DNA of 57,116 nucleotides, counting the filler, from Catajapyx aquilonaris (Eukaryota), in assembly GCA_000934665.2 (NCBI GenBank). It is 2 parts of 2 records of this genome, joined end to end, with 100 filler letters (N's around TTAATTAATTAA, not from the genome) between each part and the next. Parts side by side here need not be neighbours in the genome. Positions count along the whole stretch, not along the records: positions 1 to 28,455 come from JYFJ02004919.1; positions 28,556 to 57,116 come from KZ539249.1. One strand, given 5' to 3'. This document shows positions 12,997 to 29,709 of this stretch, one piece after another. Position 1 is the first letter of the stretch. Every line of letters starts with the position of its first letter. The notes beneath the pieces are model-generated. The model saw only the letters and a list, made by a program, of their open reading frames with translations. It was not told the DNA's origin and ran no database searches. The translations under genes and the position numbers were made by a program.

Positions 12997-13445
12997 TAAC
13001 CCTACCTGCTATACCGCCATCGCCAGGTATTACTGGCCAACTTTTAAGCTGATTTAATTATGAAATTATGTGACAGTACGCAGAATATCTACCTTGAGAA
13101 ATGTACAGTACGAGACGAATTTGCTGGAATTGTCGCATTTCGCGAAAATTAAATAAGTTTGGGTGTTTTCAGATGTGGCGGAGGCAAACCTCACATAAGT
13201 ATTGATTTAATTCAATCAGACTAACTGTTGGCAGGTAGCACTTGAATTTGGTTTTTTTAACGACTATCTTTGTGAAAATCATTTTAGGGACCTCTAAGCG
13301 ACGAAAATTGTCTCCAATACATTCATAGTGCAGACTGCAGTGTAGAGCATAAACGTGTTAGTATGACATGATCTGTATAGCACTATAGCTGTTATTATTC
13401 CTTTGTAGAATTTCTTGTCCTTATCTTCAGAGTACGTGTATCTTA
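12997..13445. mobile_element. piggyBac-like non-autonomous element fragment
   Basis: TTAA-CCC start. Shares GCTATACC, GGCCAAC...GCTGATTTAATTATGAAAT and TGTCCTTATCTT.AGAGTA.GTGTA with the 36140-37367 element. Confidence 0.5.
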
Positions 13446-13905
13446 TCATACACTAAAGTAAATATATTATTGAATAGCGTAGCTTAATTGCTGGGAAATG
13501 TTGGCCGATAATAGCATGCGCTACAGTCCACCATAAGTTTAAAAACAAACTGGCGTCAAAAGTTGCACAATACATGGATGTTCGCATCAGTGCTGCCAGC
13601 TCACCAATTCCTTCTTTGTGACATTTGACCACTGTCACTGGCAATTCGCAACACGTTACCGCGGAGATAGCATGGTGATCAGAATTAGGCGCATGGTCAA
13701 AATATGGACCCCTTCCCTAATTGATATTACTATCTCGTATGTAGAGAACAACCAGTAAATGTCTCGAGGTGGTGTCTAGCAGGCCATGATATCAAATTAT
13801 CATGATCCAGCCAATGACCCAACCCAAAAGGCAACAAGCATCAAAAAATTCGAATATAAAAAATTTCAATCGTGACTGACAAGTTAAAGTCATGTAGAGT
13901 CCTTC

Positions 13906-14262
13906 TCATAAAGAATGGTACGATTCTATGGACGAAATGTTTATCCTGATTATCGACCATTATTCCCAACCTTAATTTGACAAAACCCTATGGACAACCT
14001 TTTCTGGACCTCTGGTGACTCGTATGACCCATCCCGATTTTTAAATTAAAATTTTAATGACCAAAATGTTCAACACAATGCAATGCTTACGTAGATTTGA
14101 TGTGAATTCTCCTACTTAGCTTTGTTTTTCTCTTCTCTTTTTTCTTTTATTTTGATTCCCTTTTCCCGGACTTCCTCGTGACCCCTAAAAACATGCTGGC
14201 GACCGAGGGGTTGGGAACAGAATAAACATTTCGTTCATATTGAGTCGTACCATTCTTTATGA
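13906..14262. repeat. Inverted repeat of a TIR element
   Basis: CATAAAGAATGGTACGA...ACGAAATGTTTAT is inverted with ATAAACATTTCGT...TCGTACCATTCTTTATG. Confidence 0.55.
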
Positions 14263-15059
14263 ATGGTAGGCTACTGTACCATTTGTTACAACTTTCAAGA
14301 AAAAATTCCCCACTCAAGTACTCGGAAGTCCATAATACTGAAAAAACAACAACTGATTATTATTCATCTGGATTATTCACCTGCACACAAAGAGTCTGGT
14401 TTCATCAGGGGTGTGTCGAGTCGTATCAATATATTGTCATCCCATGCCGCAGATCAGGTTGTGGAAGCTTCAGGAAGTACTGTTTGCTGTGTGGAACTAG
14501 TAGCATTAACCTGTAAACAATTCCAGCATTAGATTTCAACTGTCTCTCCAAGGACATGTTTTTCTACATGACAAAATTTAAGAAATAATTCCCCACATTA
14601 TTAAAAATTTGCATGTATGGATCTGGTTAACTGCAACTTTTCCTGACTGCATTTATTTTCCTTTTTGTGCACAATATATGACTGCGAAAATCTATTATTA
14701 TCGTCAGAAGTGTTAAAATAAATGTTTCATGTGCATCATGTGACCATTAAAAATGCAAATGAATTTGCAAATTCTCCATATCAAGCCCAGCTTTTTACAA
14801 CTCATAACACATCTGAGTTTCACTTTTCATCTATTATTATTAGGAAAGATTTGTAATAATTAATGTGAACGCAAATTTGATTCTGGACATGTGCAAAAAA
14901 AATCCACAAAATTTACGAAACTGGTAATGTAAAAATGCAGTCAATTTCTAGAAAACACGTCTCAGTGTAGCATATCATACAATTTAAAAATTCCCCCAAT
15001 ACATAAAACTCTACTCGCACATGATCTTATGGAATGATCCAATTACGTAAGTTGGGGAC

Positions 15060-15309
15060 TGCCTGTGTTCTGTTGACGCCCTCACGATTCGAGCCTCGTT
15101 CGCACGACCAGATACTTTGCAACTGACAAAAATGGGTAGCCTTAGGTCCAGTCGAGACGACTGGAGGCATGCGACTGTTTCTTTATTGGTCGGTTTGGCG
15201 GTCACATGTCTCCAGTCGTCTCGACTGGACCTAGGGGTACCCATTCTCTTCAGTTGCAAAGTATTTGGTCGTGCAACCGAGGTTCGAATTGTGAGGGTGT
15301 AAATAGGCA
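15060..15309. mobile_element. Fold-back MITE
   Basis: Inverted arms of about 105 bp (15073-15177 and 15200-15303) with core TAGGTCCAGTCGAGACGACTGGAG / CTCCAGTCGTCTCGACTGGACCTA. Confidence 0.7.
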
Positions 15310-15532
15310 TTTAGGATCAACAAGCATCATCATGTAGTTGGCACAGTTGTAAGCATCAAGATGTGGATGGTCGTAAATACATTGCTATAGAGTATAGATG
15401 AATTTTATATAGCCAAGATCCAACGTATTGCCGGTGGACATGCTGAGTTAGGAATCATGATACAAAAGGGTGCACGTTAAGGGGACCCACTTTCTCATAT
15501 TCTTTTCTTGATAATGTACCTTACTTTTGACT

Positions 15533-15822
15533 ACAGGGTGGTCGGAAAGTAACTCCCTATTAGAAACACGTAATAATAACTTTATCAAATATTGCTCAAT
15601 TGTCATGAAACAAGTTTTATTTTGTAACTCGAAATGGGAGAATTTGTCTTCGAACTGAAAATTTCACCTAGAAACCAGAGTTTCCCGTCAATTTCTTTAG
15701 GCGATTCGGTATGCACGCGACAGACTTATATGAAAGTAACTCCCTATTAGAACATCATAACTTTGGCAAATATTGCTCGATTTTTATGAAACAAGTTTTA
15801 TTTTGTAACTTGCAATGGGAGA
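15533..15822 (+). mobile_element. Tc1/mariner-derived element end with internal direct repeat
   Basis: TACAGGGTG terminus. A ~95-bp segment beginning GAAAGTAACTCCCTATTAGAA is repeated at about 15545 and 15732. Confidence 0.5.
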
Positions 15823-16458
15823 AATAAAACAGCTGCCCACCAGATGGCAGGATCAGTCATGCAAGCAGTCAAAATGGTGCATCGCCTTAGCGTGCGTGGG
15901 AGTTGTTCTCGCCACTTCCTGGCCCCTTCCTCCTTTGCTGCAAGGTCAGGTATGACCAATCATCACACAATGGAATAACTTCAACCATATCTTCATGCAA
16001 GATGATGCACCCCCATACTTTGTATTGACCTCCTCACTCGAAAAAAAATTCTCACCAAGATCTGCCCCAGGGCCAGACTACCAGACGCGGACAATCGGAG
16101 CCCGGACACCAATGAGAAAAGCGCGATCACCATTCACAAAATCACTCCTGGGGCAGTCCACCTGGGGGCCAATTTTTGGAACCTGGTGAGGGCAGGCCAG
16201 GAACCTCCTCACTCCACAAAAATATATGTCAACAAGACCCCCAGACCCCCAGACGCGAGCAAGCAGAGGCCATTTTACCTGGGCAGGGATAGGCAAGTCC
16301 CTCCTCTGCACATATAACTCTGCCATTTTGATGGCAGGCTAAATTTGGCCTTGAGAGGTGCACAACTGGAAATTGGTCAATTAATATTTGAGGTCATATG
16401 CATAATTTTCGGCCATGGAGACTGATAAACCTTTCTGTTGGTATTGACACAAAAACTA

Positions 16459-16785
16459 CAGTGCTGGACATAATTATTAGCCGTCGCTGAATGTTTTTTT
16501 CCGGCGGCGGCGTTACCTGGCAACCCTGTCCGGCGGGCCAATTCAAACATCAGCCCATGGAGAGCGCTTCCATTGTTGCCACTGTTTACAAATCGAGTGA
16601 GTGAGTGCGCAGGCAGAAGAGACCCGTCGCCGTGTCGTGCGCGTCACTTACTCGATTTGTAAACAGTGGCAACAATGGAAGTGCTCTGCATAAGCTGATG
16701 TTTGAATTGGCCCGCTGGACAGGGTTGCCAGGTAACGCCGCCGCCGGAAAAAAACATTCAGCGACTGCTAATATGTCCAGCACTG
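16459..16785. mobile_element. Tc1/mariner-type fold-back MITE
   Basis: TA|CAGTGCTGGACATA ... TATGTCCAGCACTG|TA with highly similar inverted arms of about 140 bp. Confidence 0.8.
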
Positions 16786-17870
16786 TACAATCTACAACAG
16801 CTACAATATTTAACAGTCAAACAAAACTGCTTGGATTAACTTAATGGAAGACTGTACATGTTGCGACACCCTGATCAAAATCAGTCATCAGTTACTCAAT
16901 TGAAAAATTACAATAAATTAACTTTATCCGCAACCTTAATAACGCGGTCGGGGTTGGGCGGTCGGGAGGCCTCACGACAGTTGGCAACGTTGCGTCGCAA
17001 ACAATCGGGTGCCTTGATACTGCTGCCAGCCAAATTCGAATGCCTTCACGGTTGCTTGACGAAGTGCCATTCTTTGAGTTAACGGACTGCAGCAACCATC
17101 ATGGCTTTCATATTTCCCACCTCCTTCATTAATACTGTGGACCTAGCACTAGTCTGATCGGTTTGCGTGGCAGGGGTAACAAGACGCCCTTTGTTGTGCT
17201 CTCCCAAAAACCAATTGTTTGCGACTTGTAGCCAACATCCCACCATGCCTTCCCAACCCCATCGCGTCGCTAGGTGCGGATAAATGATAGGCTTTCCGTA
17301 AATACATAGGTATATACCACCTGACCATCTCGTTTAACTTACACACTGGCCGCAATTGGAAGATGTCCTGATGTCCATTGTGAGCGTGGCAGCAATTTGA
17401 TCCCCACCTGTGGTGGCTCAAGTCATGTCCCTGCTGCAAAATAGAAGTTGCAACACTGTAATACATCATAAGTTCCCATAACCTACATGGCACATTTTTT
17501 GCGTAACATGGCAACGCTGTAGTACAAAGCTCATGTGAAAATACACTGCCTTGCAGCCAGTAAAAGTCTGGACAAACAGGAAAAAGACATCATTATTCTT
17601 ATCGTTGTTGCTCTCAGGAATTATTATTACACTTGATATCCTACTATCTCAGCCAGTGGGATGCTGCCAGACAAGCTCTGCAGGGTCATCAGTTTTCACC
17701 CCCCACATAAAAATGCTTATCTCACTGGTGATAAGCCAGCCTTTGCACTAGAAACGGTTATTTTCTAAGGCCTGCTTGAGCCAATAATGCAGTAATCCAA
17801 CGGTTAGGCACTATTACGCAATAACCAGACTTATTGGCACACAACACGCACATCAGAACCAACGTTACCT

Positions 17871-18080
17871 GATGCAAGTTGCACCTCACCGCGACTAACC
17901 AATGTGTGTGCACCAACCTGCCCCTAGTTCTGCCCCTGGTCCAGCCCCTCCAAAAAAAAAATACCTGGAATATTCCAACCGATGCAAGTTGTGTCCTCAC
18001 CAGCACAACTGACCACTGTGCATAACCTACCTCAGGGGGGGGCCTGTGCTGTGCCCCTGGTTCTGCCCCTAGTCCAGCTC
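17871..18080 (+). repeat. Degenerate ~110-bp direct repeat
   Basis: GATGCAAGTTG..CCTCACC...TGCCCCT(A/G)GTTCTGCCCCT(G/A)GTCCAGC occurs twice. Confidence 0.5.
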
Positions 18081-19245
18081 CTGCTTCCTTCCACGCCCAT
18101 CCTTCAACGGCCTCACCCAAACGCCGCTGGCGGATGATAGCCCGAAAAGCACCCTCGGGGGCACCCTCTTCCCCTGCAGCGTTGCAAAACCGGCTGGCCT
18201 TGACCACTTGAACTGAATGACCCCTACCGATGCCCCTTTGGTTCACATTCGTGGCAACATCCCAGGGGGGAATAAAAAGCCCGTGTGCCAGTTTGGTCAC
18301 TGCCAGGCAGACATGGCATCACCGGGGTCACGGGGTCACGCTGATTAGATAATTATGGGAGGCAAGATGGGAGGGTCATGTGAATGTGATACGTTTGTAG
18401 TTGAGATATACCAGTAGGTGAAAAATAGCAATTTTAATGATATTTATTCTTTTCATGTACTGTAAATGAAAGACGTGCACTATCTGTGTGGAAAAACCTC
18501 AAGAGCTCGTGGGACATACCAAGTATAAACATCCAAATTGAATTCGAGTGGACATAACTGGACATTTTGTTTTAAATGCACTCTTGCACTGAGGTACTGT
18601 ACATGCCATGTCTTGTACGCATGGTCAGTACGGTACGTTACCACCTACATGATTGCGACTACACTATGGAGCAACTGGCGCCTCTAATACCTATGCTGCC
18701 ACATTCAGGCACAATAACCCCGATCACACAGCAGATAATTTGCAGCATGTGATCGCAACACTATGATGAACTAAGTTAATTTGGTACAAACATCGGTACC
18801 ACAACGAAAAATGCGGAACCCACTCACACCTTCCTGCAAATGAGAAATGAGACAAAAGCGACATAACAGAATGGATCAGCCAGCAGGTGCGGGTAAACAA
18901 GTCCTACGGAGTATTCACCTAGACAGAACGTGACGAGCTGCGTTGACCTCAGGATAGATGATGCCAATAATCTAGCCAGCCTAGGATAGAGATGAACGTG
19001 GGACTTTTTAACTACACGTGTCATGAGTCATGGCCGGAAAATGCCCGAGAGAATCTCACATTATTCTGTTAGAGGAAGTGAAGAGTGCAAATACGTTGAA
19101 ACCTAAGGACTCTGGTGCCTACTACCATGGTACAACATGTACAATAATCAACCTATCAATAATGGTCATTCCGATGCTTTCTCCCTGAGGGAACCGAAAA
19201 AAGGAGGAGAGAGAGATGCAACCAAATGAAGGCTAGGCAGAGATG

Positions 19246-19369
19246 TACCTGGTGTCCAACAAGAATTGTCGCAAGCGGCAGCGCACGAACTACAGTCTCT
19301 CGTATACCTGTGCTCGTAGATTGTAGTTCGTGCGCTGCCGCTGCGACAATTCTTGTTGGACTGATAGTA
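19246..19369. repeat. Near-perfect hairpin (TA-flanked MITE)
   Basis: GTCCAACAAGAATTGTCGCAAGCGGCAGCGCACGAACTACA / TGTAGTTCGTGCGCTGCCGCTGCGACAATTCTTGTTGGAC form a stem of about 40 bp. Confidence 0.7.
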
Positions 19370-19503
19370 CAAAGACCTCTCATCTTAGCAGTACCAATGT
19401 AATGCAATGGTACTGCTAAGTTAAAAGTAACTAGTAGTATGACGAAAATTCCACCCTTGGTTAAAATACTCAAACGTATAATTTCTCTTTGCTTCTGTCT
19501 ATA

Positions 19504-19669
19504 GGCCCATAAACACAGGCGGTCGACGGTTTTGGTCTTTGGTCGCGTTGACTCCGCGTACCAATCAACAAGCGCAACACAAGTGTTGAGCTAGTTTACA
19601 CGAGTCATGATTGGTCCGCGGCGTCAACGTGGCCAAAGACCAAAACCGTCGACCACCCGTGTATGGGCC
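19504..19669. mobile_element. PIF/Harbinger-like MITE
   Basis: GGCCCATA...GGTCGACGGTTTTGGTCTTTGG / CCAAAGACCAAAACCGTCGACC...TATGGGCC. Related short copy at 56973-57039. Confidence 0.7.
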
Positions 19670-20280
19670 TTATCAGAGCTTTTAATATTCCCTGCTACGG
19701 CTCGGTTAGGAATGCAAAACGTGATAAAAATTAAGCCTACAAAAATTTGCCGAGTTCATCATTTGGCGAGTACGCACAAGCTTCAGTGACTTAGAGTAAT
19801 TATAGGGCACAAGTCACATTATGTGCCAATTGGTTACAATTCAAGCTATTTGTAGCAAGCTGCTTTGCTCAGCACTACAGCCTGGTAGGCGACCAAGAGA
19901 AGACAGTATTATTTGCCATGGAATAATACGAAGCATGGCAATAAGGCAATGGAATGGAAATGCGAGACGGGAAGTCATCAAGGACAGTCGAGGGGGGAAA
20001 GTGCGAAATGTTTCAACACGTAATGAGCAAACTCACCTTTGGAGTCAACTGAAAACAGAATCTCTCTAGGAAAGTCAATATCTGCATAGTTACATGCTGT
20101 ATTTCCCCCACTATTATACATCTGCTGGAATTTGCCAGTGAAATAATTTTGGGTCATGGGATCACTATTGTGAAAGAATTCATTTGACATGTTACAATCT
20201 CAGGTGCTCATTACTAAAAAAAAAAACTGCATCAAATAAAGTCGAATTAAATGTTTTTAATTCAAAACAATTCCCAATTT

Positions 20281-24104
<3,824 letters not shown>

Positions 24105-24764
24105 GGTTGGTAGTCTGCAAAAGGAAGAAAAGAAAGGGAGCGGCCCTATAAGTCCACCCTGTTCCCAGTTCCTTCCTAGTCCAAGGCACGGTGCATCCAC
24201 CCAGCCAGCACCCACCTTTAGTTCGAGGAAGTGGAGGGGAGGAGGCCGGAAAGGCGTCGGGTGAGGAGCGCTGATGTTCAGAACAGCCTACCAAGGCTGC
24301 TTCCAGGAACGAAATGGTCGATTGCAAGTCAGCCACTCAGTGTTGCCAACAGCACCCGTGACGTCACTCTCTCTCGAAATCACGCTTCCCGAGATGCTTT
24401 TCGTTTCGATCGGTCTCGAACTGAATGGACTGATTCCAAATGGATGGCGGACTTGCTTCGTGCCGGTGTCCCGGTGTCTCTTTCCCATCCCACAGGCCAC
24501 AGTGAGAGAGGAAGGTGGGTCCGCCCCGGGGTTCAGGCCTTGGTCTGGCCGCAAGAGGACGGGAGTTGTTTGAAAGGAAGGGAGAGGCTACGGGGTTTGG
24601 GTTGAAGACAGGGCCACACCGTTCGTGTCATCAGGCGGCGGGTTTAGGCCACTTCCAGCACCCCTGGAGCTGTGTTTAGGGGGTCAAGGGTCAGGACTTG
24701 CTGGGGTTGCATGCACTGCGGTTGGTGCAGCTGAGATACGCAGTATTGGGTTGTGCGCTGCACT

Positions 24765-24903
24765 GGCGCGTGGATAGTAAACAACGGCGCAGTTCGCCTT
24801 AAGCAACTAAAGCCCGATTGCTAGGTACCCTGCGGTTAGTAAACAACGGCTCTGTTGTTGCCAGGTAATGGCGAATTGCGGTGTTGTTTACTATCCGCAT
24901 GCC
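24765..24903. mobile_element. Short palindromic MITE
   Basis: GGATAGTAAACAAC..CGCAGTTCGCC / GGCGAATTGCG..GTTGTTTACTATCC. Confidence 0.6.
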
Positions 24904-26337
24904 ACCTAGCAACTAAACGTTCTGCTTGTCTAGTGCCTTCCGCCTGACGCATCTGAGCGCATCGGTTCCTTGTCTATGAACCGTTTCCAGACACGGGTTC
25001 CTATCTGGTGAAAAATACTTGTCTTGGTCCCCTCTGTTTCCCCTACAAGTCTGTTCCGAATGACAGGAAACACCCTGTATATAAATCAGAGTTTGTTGAT
25101 TATGGATGGTGTGGTTCACACCTACTTAACCCACTTCCCGAGTTCCGAGAGCGCCGAAACTGGTCACACCCCGCCACACCCATGTCTTACGCTTTGCTGA
25201 TTAAGGGAAAAGGCCAAAAACCTGGTATATTTTCATATTGCTGATTAAACAAATTGTCTGTCATTAGGAAAGTGACATATTGTTTCTATTCATGCTGTCG
25301 TTTTATCATGATTCTTATATGTTCCCATATTTGCAGCCTGATTGTACAGCAGACTTGGAGCCGTGCAGTCCAGTATTGACTTTCTGGCTCATCAGGTGTG
25401 ACACTGAGGGAGTCACCAACCCTTGGTCCAGAAGCCATTGTGCATCATCCTGTCCAATGAATGCAGCCACCATTACAGCTGGTAATGAGGTGTAGTATGT
25501 ACGTGAGATGCATTTTGTTGCTTCTGTGCTGATTTGGTGTGCTTTAGTTGTAATATAATAGTTTTTACCAAAAGGCAAAATATTGAGAGATTATGTTGGC
25601 TATGGTCATTCGATTTATCTGAAATGTTTTGTAATCATTTGATTGGTATTTCTGCCCCTCGGTATGTTGTTTAGGTCTTTACTCTAAAAAAAATGTCAAT
25701 GCTTATCTCTGAGAGTATATTATTTTGTCAGTTTCAGTTCAGTGTACTCTGGTAGTTGATGAGTAATGTGATATAATTTAGTGTGATAGCTTTCCTCAAG
25801 AGTAATTTTTCTCAAGTAATTGAGAACTGATCTCAATCTTATCAATTGGAGCTATGCCTTGGAAATGACGTGTACATCCTCTGAACACCTAAACTTGTTA
25901 GTTGGCCGAGATCGAAATGGATTAAGTTTTCTGTGTAACATATCAGGGGCGGATCCAGAGAGGCATTTTGGGGAGGAACTATTTTGTATTAATGTGTCCC
26001 CCCCACCCCATCGTTTTCAAAGCCAGGCGCGTAAGCATAAATTTTTTTGGAGGGGGGCCCATTTCATAAGCACTAGGTGAACAAGCTGTAAATGGCAGCG
26101 GGTGCAAGTTTTTGGGGGGTTTCAAGGTCACATGAGCTTAGGTAAATGTGGGAGGTGTGAGTTTAGTATGAAAGAAGGCCACGCAACAGCGCAGCCATTT
26201 GAAAAAATCACGGTTCGAATGAAATCTGAGGTGAGGTTTCAAACTAATGTTTCAGTGTGCTGGGAAGTAATATGCACTGCACTCTGTGTAGGTTGACCGA
26301 GTTACTCTGTGGAAATGTTTTTGTGAGTCAATGAAAT

Positions 26338-26585
26338 GAGGGGCACCCAACAAGAGTGGTTCAAGTCACAAAATGTTGTTTCCGAGAAAACGGGACTTCA
26401 AGCTAACAACATACACTGAAGTCATATGTGATCAAATATGAATCTTTGCGGTTTAAGTTGTCCAGGAATTTTTCTGCATAACAACCAGTATTGCACGTGA
26501 AAGATGGTATTGCGACAATGCCAATTATATTCATTACTTTTTTATTACTTTTTGTCACTTGAACCACTCTTGTTGGGAGCTCCTC
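26338..26585. mobile_element. Sola2-like MITE
   Basis: ~36-bp TIR GAGGGGCACCCAACAAGAGTGGTTCAAGTCACAAAA, 5'-GAG termini and a 4-bp TSD AAAT on both sides. Confidence 0.7.
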
Positions 26586-26875
26586 AAATTATCTGGATGA
26601 AGGAATTCTTGAACATTCTCTTGTGAGGTTTGATATGATCTATCGCTATGTGATTATAAATACAGGCAGATTTTCATGTGTACTTGAGTGTACTATCTGC
26701 TATGCCTCTGTACTGAATGTGAGTGTCTGGAATGGTATGTCACGTTTCTGACACATTTTCAATGGTTGCAGATTTTCCGCCCCCATTACATGGACTCATC
26801 ACAGTTTGCACCGTGGATTTTGGGACCAGTACATTATTCCTGAGATAAAATCAGCCCTCAAGTTGGACATGACCA

Positions 26876-26924
26876 AAACCTGATGGAAACCTAATGGAAA
26901 CCTGACGGAAACCCAGATGGAAAC
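26876..26924. repeat. 11-bp tandem repeat (GGAAACCTGAT-like)
   Basis: About 4.5 degenerate units. Confidence 0.65.
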
Positions 26925-28112
26925 AGAAGCTATCACTGCAGATTCTAAGCATGTTTGGTATTTGAGGTACCTCAAATAGATATTATTTAGTAGTTATAAT
27001 ACTCGTACATTTAAGTGCTGCACTTGTAGAAGCTTCAGTGTACAGTAATTAATTTCTATCAGTCACAATTGGTGTAGAGTAGGCCGTTCATTTTTTTTAA
27101 ATTGCCAAATTAAATGTTCGTGAAGTTTACTGGTCTATCTATAATCGTAATATCTTGCCATATAAAAATTGGGAATGGGTTTGTTAGTATCAAACGTGTA
27201 CTTATTTAGCCTATTTTCTGGTTTTGAGTTACATAACTTTAACAGTGATTTTAGATGCTTCAGATGTCTCGTAGCTGCGAAGTTCATTAGCCTTGGTGTA
27301 GAGCAGTGGGTTTACAACAATATGACCGTGGTTCACTTTCGGGGTGCAATGTTCCCCAAACCCACTTAGCTCTGCATTAATTGTGAGACAGTCATTTAGC
27401 AGTCCAATTCCCTTGAAATAGTCGGCATAATGGAGCTATTATAGTGCAATCTTGATATAACAGCCTCATCTGTAACAGACTTTCGGTTATCACAGACTCG
27501 AAAAACTGGTCCTGTCATACTTCCATAAGACCCTGTATATTTTTACTCCTGATACTCATCCTCGGTGGGAAAATATGCTGCTTTTGATTATTCAGCTTCC
27601 TCTCCCACATGAGGAAAGCACTGCCTATTGGAGCAGGGATGATTTTCCCACAGTCTGTCACTGATGAAACACTTGCTGAAAAGGTCAAAATCATTATTTT
27701 TCTGGTATGTTTGGCAAGAACAAGATGGCAGAAGAACAGGATGGATTTTTTTGGTTGTCTCATTTATGAGTGAGCTAATTTCGCATTATTGTGGATAGTT
27801 TCATTAATCAATATGCAGTAGTGTGCGTTACAGCCACAGGGAAAGCAGAAAACTTTGTCTATTCATTACAAAATGGGATTTTGGCTACAACAGACCTCGG
27901 TTATAACATACTTTTTTCTGCAGTCCCTTGCAGTTTGTTATACTGTATCTAGATTCAACTGTGTTATATTCTTAACATTGCACTTTGATGTTGTTTTTTC
28001 TTTGCTTCTTCTTCTGAGAGCCCACAATAGGAAGCCCTAGAAATTCTTATGCTGATTTCTCAAGGCAATAATTCAACCCATGCACATCCCAATTGACACA
28101 TTTAATAAACTT

Positions 28113-28204
28113 GGGTGGAATTTTTGTCCCACTGCTAGTTACTGCTAACTTTGCAGTAGGCTACCAGTATTGGCACAGTTAGCAATGGGACAAAAATTCC
28201 ACCC
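28113..28204. repeat. Short inverted repeat (MITE-like)
   Basis: GGGTGGAATTTTTGTCCCA / TGGGACAAAAATTCCACCC. Confidence 0.6.
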
Positions 28205-28212
28205 ATCGTTCA

Positions 28213-28455
28213 TACGAGGAGTGATCAAAAAGTAAGGTCTCCAAGGCTGTAACCTTTATTCTGTATGAACACAAATGACGAAACTTACAGGGTACATGAG
28301 GACAATGGACATCTACTTTACTACATAGTTTTCACACCGAAGAACGCACTTATCCCACCGCCAGACCAGTTTCTCAATCCCTTCCCAATAGAAAGGGGTG
28401 CCCTGTTGACAGCACCAGTCACGCAGCCTTCTTCACCTCATCGTCGCTTCGGAAG
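28213..28455 (-). mobile_element. mariner transposon 3' end (frameshifted transposase C-terminus plus TIR), cut by gap
   Basis: Minus strand reads FRSDDEVKKA / DWCCQQGTPFYWEGIEKLVWRWDKCVLRCENYVVK*, a typical mariner C-terminus. TA|CGAGG terminus. Confidence 0.8.
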
Positions 28456-28555
28456 NNNNNNNNNNNNNNNNNNNNNNNNNNNNNNNNNNNNNNNNNNNNT
28501 TAATTAATTAANNNNNNNNNNNNNNNNNNNNNNNNNNNNNNNNNNNNNNNNNNNN
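28456..28555. other. Artificial assembly linker
   Basis: 44 N + TTAATTAATTAA + 44 N = 100 bp; the 12-mer has stops in all six frames. Confidence 0.9.
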
Positions 28556-28676
28556 TAATTAATGGGCCACAGCCGCTTCCTTCCGTCCCTATCCTATCCC
28601 AAAAAGCGCAGTAAAATGAAAGCAAAGAGTTCCAGGCAAAACAAAAAGCTTCCCCCCTAAAGAGCCGATAGGTATG

Positions 28677-28706
28677 AATTATTATTATTATTATTATTAT
28701 TATTAT
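28677..28706. repeat. (ATT)n microsatellite
   Basis: Read directly from the sequence. Confidence 0.9.
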
Positions 28707-29376
28707 TTTTGTGTCATTACCCTATAATGGCCGAATAATATTTTTGCATTAACCCCGTCTTAAAACACTATACCTTTTATTTATACAAGCGTTATTAGCA
28801 TACTTCCCACACCTTCACAATGTGGGAATATTTCCAGCATCGCCATAATTTTACACACTTGCATGCTGGGCTAGTAGAATAATAATTGTCATAATATATT
28901 GCAACAGATATAAACTTATTTAATGCTTATAAGAGAGTAAAATTATGAAGATGATAATTTTAATTCCTGTATTGAAAAAATGTGTGGGGAGTAGCTATAG
29001 CCTGCATGTTATCCAAAAATTTGTTTAACACCATATCGTTGGAACACCCTGTAGCTATGTTAATGTAGCCTAACTATGCAATGTGTATGCTGTATAGGCC
29101 TACACTATAAGTGTATAATAACTATAACTAATATATATTTTTAATGCTATATATGCTACAATCGGTGCAATTTCAACTCTGATGTAGAAAATAATGATGG
29201 GATTTAGATTGGCAAGCGTGGGAACCGTTTCATGGCAAGTTTGTTGGCATTACACAGACAATGGCTTTTGTGCTAATTTCCATTGCATTATTAACTTTCA
29301 TTGTGTTAGATGAACTGTTTGATTTTGACATTATTGTTGTTACTACATTATTATATTATTTCAATTATTATTCTTA

Positions 29377-29501
29377 GGCCCGTTTTCTCAAACTCGTATG
29401 TAAACCCGGTTCAAAGCCGGTTTAATCCCAGTTCAGAGGGAATTAAACCAACCTTGAACCGGGTTTACATTTGAACCACTGTTCGAGAAAACCGACGGGC
29501 C
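29377..29501. mobile_element. PIF/Harbinger-like palindromic MITE
   Basis: GGCCCG...ATGTAAACCCGGTTCAA / TTGAACCGGGTTTACAT...CGGGCC with TTA flanks. Confidence 0.6.
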
Positions 29502-29709
29502 TTAATAATTTACGAGTATATGCTTGTTAATAATTGTTACATATAATAGGATAGGCTAATAAATTATAGCCTACACACATTTCTACAATCTTTTGCTTGT
29601 ATGTCACCTGTGACCTCTCTCTTATCCTTATCTTATCTTATAACAATTATATTACTGTATGGGCTAAAATGATTCGGCAAAAAATGTATGAACAATTTAT
29701 TTCCCCCAG

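Noticed and set aside
17758..18300. 180-aa minus-strand ORF
   Set aside because: Non-ATG start, overlaps a degenerate GC-rich repeat, and has no recognisable domain or splice structure.
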